Below the pieces are notes generated by a model that saw only the letters and a list, made by a program, of their open reading frames with translations, did no database searches and was not told where the DNA came from. From positions 128,001-192,000 of IMG/VR virus record IMGVR_UViG_3300028886_000037: a stretch of DNA of 64,000 nucleotides; one strand, written 5' to 3'. The DNA is from a virus. Lineage: Duplodnaviria > Caudoviricetes. The first letter of the stretch is position 1, and each line of letters starts with the position of its first letter. The position numbers and the translations under genes are program-made. This document shows, piece after piece, positions 17,873 through 24,705 of the stretch.

Positions 17873-17945
17873 TGCCACCCCTCCGTAACGATCGGAGATC
17901 CTCGGATTTTCAGTCCGTTGCATAGACCATCTTTGCTAGAGTGGC
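17873..17945 (-). tRNA. tRNA-Phe(GAA)
   Basis: CT GAA AA loop; atypical T loop ATCGTTA. Confidence 0.8.
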
Positions 17946-17950
17946 ATAAT

Positions 17951-18008
17951 CGAGATTCTTTTGTTTCTTAACCAAAAAGAAGATTTTAGAGTTGCTGTAA
18001 GAACCTCT
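17951..18008 (-). ncRNA. minimal ACAGCA-scaffold RNA E6
   Basis: GAGGTTCTT/AAGAATCTC + ACAGCAA. Confidence 0.65.
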
Positions 18009-18011
18009 TAG

Positions 18012-18085
18012 TCGGCAACCTTGGACTTGAACCAAGAACCTCTGCCTTATCAGAGCAGTGCTCTAACCAATTGAGCTAGATGCCG
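18012..18085 (-). tRNA. tRNA-Ile(GAT)
   Basis: CT GAT AA loop. Confidence 0.9.
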
Positions 18086-18096
18086 ATAAAAAATTT

Positions 18097-18165
18097 CAAG
18101 ATCCATTTTTCTAACGTAGTCTGATTACCAATCGGATGTTATAAGAATTTTGCAGTTAGGATCTT
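18097..18165 (-). ncRNA. scaffold RNA E7 (ACTGCAA variant)
   Basis: AAGATCC/GGATCTT stem. Confidence 0.6.
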
Positions 18166-18171
18166 TAGTAG

Positions 18172-18200
18172 TCTCCGATCAGGGATTCGAACCCCGGACC
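18172..18200 (-). pseudogene. 3' fragment of disrupted tRNA (Val-like)
   Basis: T arm + ATCGGAG-A, pairing with CTCCGGT at 18963-18969. Confidence 0.8.
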
Positions 18201-18211
18201 TGAAACTTTTA

Positions 18212-18285
18212 TCTTCGACCTAGGACTTGAACCTAGAACATCCGTCTTGTAAGGGCGGCGCTCTAACCAATTGAGCTAGCCGAAG
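18212..18285 (-). tRNA. tRNA-Val(TAC), nested inside the insertion
   Basis: CCGCC-CT TAC AA-GACGG; overlaps the endonuclease stop. Confidence 0.9.
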
Positions 18286-18919
18286 TTACGAACGATTTAA
18301 TTGATGAAATTGCCTCTGAAGTATTTCTCATTATGTACTTCCAAGTCAATCTCAGACATTTCCAACCGTTCTCTTTGCAATAAGTGTCTTTTTCGACATC
18401 CATTGCTTTTCTGCTGGGCCATTCATGTTGAGATCCATCAATTTCCAGATAGATCTTTAATTCTGGCCAAGCAAAATCCATGAACCATTTGCCAAAATGA
18501 TATTCTTCAACAAATGGAAAATTAGAAAGCTCCGTTTCGAGTAACCTCTTTGTCCATTCTTCAGCATAAGATCTTTTACATTTACTTCTCGACGACCACC
18601 AGATTCCGCCATTTTCTTTTATCTGTTTCTTACGAATTTCAGATAGCTTCTTCTTTGTGGCTTCAGTATGTTTAGATCCCAAGCGTAAGGCATTTTCGCC
18701 TGAATACCTTTTGCTAAAAGTTTCACTTGCTTGTTTTACTCTCGGATCATTATCCTTAGTTAGTCCTTTGTTCCAAGAAGGATGAGATTTAGAAAAGCCG
18801 TGTTCATCTTTGTGATGTTTCTGGAGTTCTCGTCTCGTTCTACCAACGAACGGACAATACTTGCAGCACCAGTCACCAGATGCGTTTTTCTGTTTTCTCT
18901 CTTTCTCATATCTTCCCAT
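18263..18919 (-). CDS. Zn-finger + NUMOD3 + DUF559-like homing endonuclease
   Basis: SWNKGLTK; WFMDFAWP..LEIDGSQH. Confidence 0.85.
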   Translation of the reverse strand: MGRYEKERKQKNASGDWCCKYCPFVGRTRRELQKHHKDEHGFSKSHPSWNKGLTKDNDPRVKQASETFSKRYSGENALRLGSKHTEATKKKLSEIRKKQIKENGGIWWSSRSKCKRSYAEEWTKRLLETELSNFPFVEEYHFGKWFMDFAWPELKIYLEIDGSQHEWPSRKAMDVEKDTYCKENGWKCLRLTWKYIMRNTSEAISSIKSFVTSASSIG

Positions 18920-18933
18920 ATTTTATTTATAGG

Positions 18934-18969
18934 AAGGATGGCACTCTGAACCAGCTGAGTTAACCGGAG
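18934..18969 (-). pseudogene. 5' fragment of disrupted tRNA (Val-like)
   Basis: CTCCGGT-TA-D arm-CCATC-CTT, then TATAAATA. Confidence 0.8.
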
Positions 18970-18975
18970 AGATAG

Positions 18976-19049
18976 TGCCCCACCAAGGACTTGAACCTTG
19001 AACTCTCTGCTTAAGAGGCAGATACTCTAACCAATTGAGTTAGTGAGGC
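18976..19049 (-). tRNA. tRNA-Lys(CTT)
   Basis: TCTGC-CT CTT AA-GCAGA. Confidence 0.9.
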
Positions 19050-19055
19050 ATATAG

Positions 19056-19128
19056 TTCCGGTAGCAGGGATCGAACCTGCGACTTTCTCCGTATGAAGGA
19101 GATGCTCTACCAACTGAGCTATACCGGG
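19056..19128 (-). tRNA. tRNA-Met(CAT)
   Basis: TCTCC-TT CAT AC-GGAGA. Confidence 0.85.
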
Positions 19129-19198
19129 GGGAAATCCACTGGCAGTTTGTGAGATACTGCCTAAACTCCTGAGGGCTACCTCAGAAAGCTAAAAGATA

Positions 19199-19270
19199 CG
19201 AGATAGAGTGGCCTTGCGCCACGAAACCGCATGATGGAGCAGAGGGGTGAAACTTGCTGTGTCTATCTCA
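19199..19270 (-). ncRNA. ACAGCA-scaffold RNA E8
   Basis: GAGATAGA/TCTATCTC + ACAGCAA; GCAA tetraloop hairpin. Confidence 0.65.
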
Positions 19271-19277
19271 AATTTAG

Positions 19278-19351
19278 TAGCGCCATCGGGACTCGAACCC
19301 GAATTTCCGACTTGAAAGGCCGGTGAACTGAACCAGTTATTCGATGGCGCC
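19278..19351 (-). tRNA. tRNA-Glu(TTC)
   Basis: CT TTC AA loop. Confidence 0.9.
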
Positions 19352-19356
19352 AAAAG

Positions 19357-19465
19357 CGAGATACGTTCTTTGTGTATAGCCCATCTGACTTTCGTCAGAC
19401 TTGCAGCTTTTCAGCTTATGGATTCGAACCACTTACAGTAAGAAATCATTGCTGTTTGTATCTCT
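19357..19465 (-). ncRNA. ACAGCA-scaffold RNA E9 with a T arm and two GAAA hairpins
   Basis: GAGATAC/GTATCTC; GTGG-TTCGAAT-CCAT; AGCT-GAAA-AGCT; TCTGAC-GAAA-GTCAGA. Confidence 0.7.
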
Positions 19466-19595
19466 TTTTCAAATGTGTCAGATACGGCGGATTCGAACCG
19501 CGATCTCAGACGTTGCGACATCTGGGACTTTTTGCACCGTCTCCACGACGGGACCGAAGCTACCTGCTTGTCAGAAGAGATAGAGTTCGCAACCT

Positions 19596-20414
19596 CTAAA
19601 ACTTCCTATCGGTACATATCCTACGCTTAGTAGCGGGACCGGGACTAGAGTCCCGGTCAGAAATGCTAAAACTTTCTTGAATTTTGATAGTCTGTAATAA
19701 TCTGAAAATTTCGTTTTCTCTTTCAATTTTAGAAAGTTTTTGAAATTCAGACCATCTAATTCTTTTTAAGAGCATCCAACCGTTTTCTATTAAAAATTCC
19801 GTTCTGATCTTGTCGTGTTCGATACCTTCTTTAGTATAGTGCTGTTCTCCATCAACTTCAATGTATATTTTTGATTTAGTCCATGCAAAATCTAAAGTAT
19901 ATCGGCCAACTTGATGTTGAGTTTCGGCATCTGTAAATATAGTTTCAAAATACTCTTCAGCATAAGATTTTCTTTTGTTTAACCAATTACAGTGTGTACC
20001 GCTAAGATTTTTAATAGCTGCATCTGATAATTTCCTTTTAGTTTCATCCGAAGTTTTATGACCTTGCCAAATTTGCTTATTCGGATTTTCTTTACAAAAC
20101 TTTTCGTGTCTTGTTAAATCGCAAGCTCTTTTATAAATTAAACCACAGAATTGACAAGGTATGTTTAAATCTGGATGATAGCCATAGAATTTACCTTTGA
20201 TTTCGTTAATATGTCCTTCTTTGCGATGCTGTTGTAATCTACTTCGTGAATGAAAATCATTGCCACAAATTGAACATTTCCAAATTTTAGAATTCTTTTG
20301 TATTCCTCTATTCGGATTTTTAAGACACTGCTTAGAAATGTGTGTTCCTAATTGTGCCCCAGTAGTAAACTCCATGTTACAAAATTTACATATATGTTTT
20401 ATTTCCAATTCCAT
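19596..20414 (-). CDS. multi-Zn-finger + DUF559-like homing endonuclease
   Basis: three C2H2-like fingers; YTLDFAW..IEVDGEQH; start MELEIK after TATAAATA. Confidence 0.85.
   Translation of the reverse strand: MELEIKHICKFCNMEFTTGAQLGTHISKQCLKNPNRGIQKNSKIWKCSICGNDFHSRSRLQQHRKEGHINEIKGKFYGYHPDLNIPCQFCGLIYKRACDLTRHEKFCKENPNKQIWQGHKTSDETKRKLSDAAIKNLSGTHCNWLNKRKSYAEEYFETIFTDAETQHQVGRYTLDFAWTKSKIYIEVDGEQHYTKEGIEHDKIRTEFLIENGWMLLKRIRWSEFQKLSKIERENEIFRLLQTIKIQESFSISDRDSSPGPATKRRICTDRKF
19631..19657 (-). pseudogene. degenerate 3' fragment of initiator-type tRNA
   Basis: CCGGG..CCCGG-TCCCGCT-A, same 3' end as the intact fMet. Confidence 0.55.
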
Positions 20415-20453
20415 ATAGTATTTATAACATGAGCTAACCACTGCTCTAAATTA

Positions 20454-20537
20454 TAGCGGGAGCCAGAGTCGGACTGGCACAAGCATTATCTGTCCCTGGG
20501 TTATGAGCCCAGTATCTTACCATTAGACTATCCCGCG
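20454..20537 (-). tRNA. initiator tRNA-fMet(CAT) with enlarged variable region
   Basis: C1 mismatch; CTGGG-CT CAT AA-CCCAG. Confidence 0.8.
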
Positions 20538-20544
20538 ATAATAG

Positions 20545-20619
20545 TGGACCGTAAGGGAATCGAACCCTTGACATCCAGCTTGCAAAGCTGGCGCTCTACC
20601 AAAACTGAGCTAACAGCCC
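20545..20619 (-). tRNA. tRNA-Ala(TGC)
   Basis: G3.U70; TT TGC AA. Confidence 0.9.
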
Positions 20620-20623
20620 GAAA

Positions 20624-20677
20624 GAATCTGTGAATGGCTCTGACCTCGAAAGGTTCTCCGTACTTACATCACAGATT
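20624..20677 (-). ncRNA. GATGTAAGTA-type stem RNA, copy 2
   Basis: AATCTGTGA/TCACAGATT outer stem. Confidence 0.45.
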
Positions 20678-20681
20678 TTAG

Positions 20682-20754
20682 CTGTCCCACCTGGACTCGA
20701 ACCAGGGACGGGGTGATTAACAGTCACCTACTCTACCAACTGAGCTATGGGACA
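20682..20754 (-). tRNA. tRNA-Asn(GTT)
   Basis: GGTGA-CT GTT AA-TCACC, G73. Confidence 0.9.
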
Positions 20755-20771
20755 TTAAAGATAAAGCCGAA

Positions 20772-20812
20772 GATTTCAATATGCAGATCGGATTCTCGAT
20801 CCAGATCTTTTT
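20772..20812 (-). promoter_or_regulatory. boxB/boxA-like leader (also 24049-24087 and 26360-26395)
   Basis: AGATC..hairpin..GATCTGCATATTGA repeated three times ahead of tRNA runs. Confidence 0.6.
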
Positions 20813-20894
20813 TGTTTGATTCTAATATAGAAACTTCTTTCGGGTTTGTAAACCCTCTTTCTCAGAATTTTTTGAGAAAGTTGTTTATTTATAG

Positions 20895-20967
20895 CTCCCT
20901 GTGGACGACTTGAACGACCGACATCGAAATTACAAATTTCGCGTTCTACCAACTGAACTAACAGGGA
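20895..20967 (-). tRNA. tRNA-Thr(TGT)
   Basis: CGAAA-TT TGT AA-TTTCG. Confidence 0.85.
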
Positions 20968-21052
20968 ATAAGAGCGCTGAGGATATGAGTGAAAAGCTAT
21001 CTCGAGTTCACAGTTCATCGGATATCCTCTCTAAGCATCCTCATCTTCACGT

Positions 21053-21127
21053 GATCGACGAGTGGATTGGAACCACCGCACCAGGCCCCGAATGGGCCTG
21101 CGCTCTACCATGCTGAGCTACGAAGAT
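21053..21127 (-). pseudogene. aberrant tRNA-like element (Pro-like)
   Basis: D and T arms present; 7-bp anticodon stem with 5-nt loop; poor acceptor stem. Confidence 0.55.
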
Positions 21128-21156
21128 ACGTCCTTGAATTCAGACGCTTAGATTAG

Positions 21157-21240
21157 TGGGTAAGGTAGGATTCGAACCTACTAAGCCCGAAGGCAACGGC
21201 TTTACAGGCCGCCCCAACTCACCATCGTTGGCGCTTACCC
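21157..21240 (-). tRNA. tRNA-Tyr(GTA)
   Basis: GCGGC-CT GTA AA-GCCGT, long variable arm. Confidence 0.9.
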
Positions 21241-21528
21241 TTGTACGGCCGGTCATTTATAGTCTTGTGACCGAAGACTTTACCCAACTCACGCTTATGC
21301 CGTTATTTTTCGCGATAGAACCATCACATGTGATGGTAGAATCGAATTCAAGATTCCAGCGGCCTGGTCAGGATGCTTATGCCTATGCTCTCCCCTGACT
21401 CCTTCACAGCCTTCGTCCGCTTGTCTATACGGACTTCTGCTGATCAACCAGTAAGCGCCCTTCCATTGGATCCAATTGACGGCGAAGTAGCGCTCAATGT
21501 AGCGGCCTTTGCAAGGATGGCGACTCCA

Positions 21529-22230
21529 CTATTGCCAGAGTCTCTCCTTCAATTCATAGCGGGACCGATGGGATTCGAACCCACAGCCTCCAGCCTTATT
21601 TTCATAAAGCATTTCTATTCGTTCAGTCCCGTATTTTTTATAAACGTACTCTAAATACTTTTTCATCTCTCTTCTATATAGGACGATTAACGGATATTTG
21701 AAAGTTCTTAATTTTTCCTCCCATCTATTATTTCTACGTCCTTTTATTTCATAATATGTATCGCCTATTTTAAAATCAGGATAGTATTTATGGATTTCTC
21801 CATTGCTTACATATTCAAAGCCTATTTTATTTCTCTCAAATTCTATTCCGTGATCTAAATTATAAATTACGAAAGCTAATTCCCAACGTGAATTGCAATA
21901 AAAGCCTTTATACCATCCAGAATAAATAGTACCAGATTTTTCTCTATAACCACCGCATCCAGCAGCTTTAGAAGTCTCTCTTAACTTCTCTTTTAATTCG
22001 TCCGTCATTCTATGCTTTCTATAGCAATCTTTACAAAATCCGGTCGAATTACGATTATCTAAAGATTTTCCGCAGTCTTTACAAAATCTCTTTTCAGTTT
22101 TTGAAAATAGTTTTGATAGTCTTCTCTTTAGTTCTTCTGTTCTTATTCTGCTATTAGCGCATGCTCTTGAGCAGAATCTTCCGCTTCCAAAAGAGCCATC
22201 ATGCTCTTTTCCACATTTTTCGCAGATCAT
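21529..22230 (-). CDS. Zn-finger + PD-(D/E)XK homing endonuclease
   Basis: CEKCG..RFCSRAC; NSRWE..YYPDF..YEIKGR. Confidence 0.85.
   Translation of the reverse strand: MICEKCGKEHDGSFGSGRFCSRACANSRIRTEELKRRLSKLFSKTEKRFCKDCGKSLDNRNSTGFCKDCYRKHRMTDELKEKLRETSKAAGCGGYREKSGTIYSGWYKGFYCNSRWELAFVIYNLDHGIEFERNKIGFEYVSNGEIHKYYPDFKIGDTYYEIKGRRNNRWEEKLRTFKYPLIVLYRREMKKYLEYVYKKYGTERIEMLYENKAGGCGFESHRSRYELKERLWQ
21560..21595 (-). pseudogene. orphan 3' half of tRNA (Asp-like)
   Basis: GGCTGG-AGGCT-GTGGG TTCGAAT CCCAT-CGGTCCC-G73, inside the endonuclease 3' end. Confidence 0.75.
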
Positions 22231-22254
22231 ATAGCCTCTTTTAACTTTATTTTA

Positions 22255-22339
22255 ACGAGGATCCTTCCATATCCTCGTATTATTTATAGAGGTTAGATCG
22301 AATGGCGAATTCGATCAGGAGGTGGAAGCCTCTTGTCCC
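22255..22339 (-). promoter_or_regulatory. structured endonuclease leader copy 3
   Basis: GGGACA-hairpin(CTTCCA)-CTGA-hairpin-CTAAC-TATAAATA-hairpin(TGGAAG). Confidence 0.7.
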
Positions 22340-22348
22340 TCTTTTTAA

Positions 22349-22422
22349 CGATGCCGGCGAGATTCGAACTCGCGTATGTCGGTTAGACAGACCGATGTGT
22401 TAGGCCACTTCACCACGGCACC
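22349..22422 (-). tRNA. tRNA-Asp(GTC)
   Basis: TCGGT-CT GTC TA-ACCGA, G73. Confidence 0.9.
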
Positions 22423-22427
22423 AGAGA

Positions 22428-23290
22428 CGAGATAGTTTTTCTTACGCGCTCTACCAGTTGAGCTACCTCACAGCATGGCTGCAAGGACGTTAAAATACAC
22501 ATCTCAATAATATCTTCCTATTAGTAATTTATCAGAACTAAAAGCCGATGAATTACAAATATATTCTTTATATTTTGGTATATAACACTTAAATAATCTT
22601 ACAATTTCTGGCAAAAGAGGAATGTTTTCTAATTTTGCAAATTCTCTAATTGACTTATAATTTCCAGAATGGAAATAGTCCCATAATTCCCTTGCTCTAT
22701 TAAATGCACTTATTTTACTTTTGTTAAAGAGTATACTATTTTCTCCTCTAAATAGATTTCTTCCAAGAACCCAATCCTTATTAGGTAAAATTTTGAATTT
22801 TTTGCATTCTCCATTGATTCTATTCGTATACCATTTAGTTCCGTATTGTGAATTTTTATTTCCTTTTTGTTTCAATTTCATACTTTCAGAAACGTATTTT
22901 GCAAATTCTGTTCTAAGCTTTTCGTATGCTCTAGAATTCATATAACGACTCTTATCTTCTGTAGGATGTCCTCTCATCCTCCAGAAGGCATACATCATTT
23001 TTCTTCTCTCATCTGTTCCCTTCTTGAATATCTTTACCAATAGCCAATGACAGAGGAAATGCTCTCTAGCAGTCAAAGGAACTAAGTTATCACGTTGATC
23101 CGATCCTCCTAAAGAACTAGGAAGAATATGATGTTCTTCATAATAACCTTCCGGTTTTCCTCTTATCTTTGCCCTATATACTATTTTCAGATAAACTTTT
23201 CTATAATCCATGTATTATTTATACATTTCATATCTCGAACCCGCAACATCGGTCTTAACAGGACATTTGAGAGTTGCTGTAACTACCTCT
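22428..23290 (-). ncRNA. ACAGCA-scaffold RNA E10 (permuted Asn-like tRNA) interrupted in its T loop by an HNH gene
   Basis: halves 23234-23290 and 22428-22489; GAGGTAGTT/AACTATCTC stem. Confidence 0.75.
22504..23211 (-). CDS. HNH homing endonuclease
   Basis: EEHHILPSSLGGSD..NLVPLTAREHFLCHWLL; TATAAATA upstream. Confidence 0.9.
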   Translation of the reverse strand: MDYRKVYLKIVYRAKIRGKPEGYYEEHHILPSSLGGSDQRDNLVPLTAREHFLCHWLLVKIFKKGTDERRKMMYAFWRMRGHPTEDKSRYMNSRAYEKLRTEFAKYVSESMKLKQKGNKNSQYGTKWYTNRINGECKKFKILPNKDWVLGRNLFRGENSILFNKSKISAFNRARELWDYFHSGNYKSIREFAKLENIPLLPEIVRLFKCYIPKYKEYICNSSAFSSDKLLIGRYY

Positions 23291-23340
23291 AAAATTCAAA
23301 CTGACCCTACTCACCTCAACGCGTCTTATTGGCTTTCAGT

Positions 23341-23412
23341 TAGCGCATGCGAGACTCGAACTCGCAGCCAGCGGCTTTCGACCGCCCGTTCTTCCATTGA
23401 ACGATATGCGTT
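23341..23412 (-). pseudogene. aberrant tRNA-like element (GAA in a non-canonical loop)
   Basis: D and T arms present; GGCGG-TC GAA AG-CCGCT lacks U33. Confidence 0.55.
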
Positions 23413-23427
23413 ATCAGTTAAACACAG

Positions 23428-23500
23428 CGCTGGAAGACAGGCTCGAACTGCCGATCGTCTGCTTACGAAGCAGCTGCTCTACCAGCTGAGCTATTCCAGC
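23428..23500 (-). tRNA. tRNA-Thr(CGT)
   Basis: TT CGT AA loop. Confidence 0.85.
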
Positions 23501-23700
23501 GAATAAGAGTACCGGACCCGAGTTTCTTTCCAGAGCGTCCTCTAGTCTTACGCTCGGGTCCTAGATCAAATCGTGCAGTATGGCAGTGAGGTTGGTCTCC
23601 TTCTCACATCTACGGCGCTAATGCTTAAATCGACCAAAGTGTCGAACCGTGCTCTTTTTATAGACATCTAAGCTATGCCTTGCACAATGTTGATCGTTAG

Positions 23701-23774
23701 TCGGGCATGCAGGATTCGAACCTGCGACCTGGTGCTCCCAAAGCATCCGCTCTACCAGACTGAGCTAATGCCCG
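23701..23774 (-). tRNA. tRNA-Pro(TGG)
   Basis: TT TGG GA loop; CGG/CCG-A acceptor. Confidence 0.9.
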
Positions 23775-23959
23775 ATGACGCCAGTACTAATTCTTGCATG
23801 AAAGTTCCTGACTTGCGAATCTCCTATACTGAAAGAAAATATATCCGCGACGATCGGATGCACTTTGTAGTCCACGTCCAGAGTATGCAACCTCCAGAGC
23901 GTAGAGCCTCTGTTCTTACCACAGTTCATTTTCTATCGCCAGTGTGATCGGCCATTTAG

Positions 23960-24033
23960 TGGACACAGATGGGGTTCGAACCCATGACCCTCTGCTTGCT
24001 AAGCAGATGTTCTACCAGCTGAACTACTGGCCC
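23960..24033 (-). tRNA. tRNA-Ala(AGC) with bulged acceptor
   Basis: TCTGC-TT AGC AA-GCAGA; G3.U70. Confidence 0.7.
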
Positions 24034-24167
24034 ATAAGAAGTTTCCGGTTTTTCAATATGCAGATCCGGTTCTCGACTGGATCTTTTGTTGTTGATCAAA
24101 ATATACTAAAACGAAGCGGAGTTGTAAATACCTCCGCTTCAAAAAATTTGAATTTTTTTGATGGAGG

Positions 24168-24575
24168 TTACCTGATAGGATCCTTGAGCATGTTTAGATA
24201 CTTCAGAGAGCAGAAGGCATCCTTCAGAACGTGGCGCTTGTTGTAGTACTTGATCTGCCATTCGAACTTGCGGTATGGACGGTAACCGAGCAGCTGAGCT
24301 TCTGTGCCGTCTTCGCAGCGGAACCAATGACCGATAGGACTCTGACCTTCTAGCGAAGTTCCCTTGAGCATATCCTTGAGCTGATCAAGAACATAGCCTG
24401 GAATCTTTGCGTCTCCCGAGGCGTCTACTTCTGCCAGCTCTAGAATGCACTTAGCTTCGTAGTCGCTGTACTTGAATGAGATTCCGTTGAGACGGAGGTT
24501 GTTCTCCTTTGCCCAGTCCTTGAGCACCGGATTGAGTTGTTCGCGGAGAGAGTCGCACTTGCTAGAATTGAACAT
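24168..24575 (-). CDS. hypothetical protein
   Basis: ORF with AAGGA RBS after TATAAATA. Confidence 0.65.
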   Translation of the reverse strand: MFNSSKCDSLREQLNPVLKDWAKENNLRLNGISFKYSDYEAKCILELAEVDASGDAKIPGYVLDQLKDMLKGTSLEGQSPIGHWFRCEDGTEAQLLGYRPYRKFEWQIKYYNKRHVLKDAFCSLKYLNMLKDPIR

Positions 24576-24608
24576 GTCTTTATCCTTGTTGTGTTTGTTT
24601 ATTTATAG

Positions 24609-24699
24609 TTGAGCAGGCTGGATTCGAACCAGCGACGGAGGAACTTCCTCTCTAGTGGCTTCAAAGGCCACCGCCTTGACCAGACTTGGCGACTGCCCA
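24609..24699 (-). tRNA. tRNA-Gln(TTG) with long variable arm
   Basis: GTGGC-CT TTG AA-GCCAC; U1-A72. Confidence 0.8.
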
Positions 24700-24705
24700 A
24701 GATAG

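Noticed and set aside
16715-22422. Integrase att-site duplications
   Set aside because: The remnants differ strongly from the adjacent intact tRNAs and no integrase is present.
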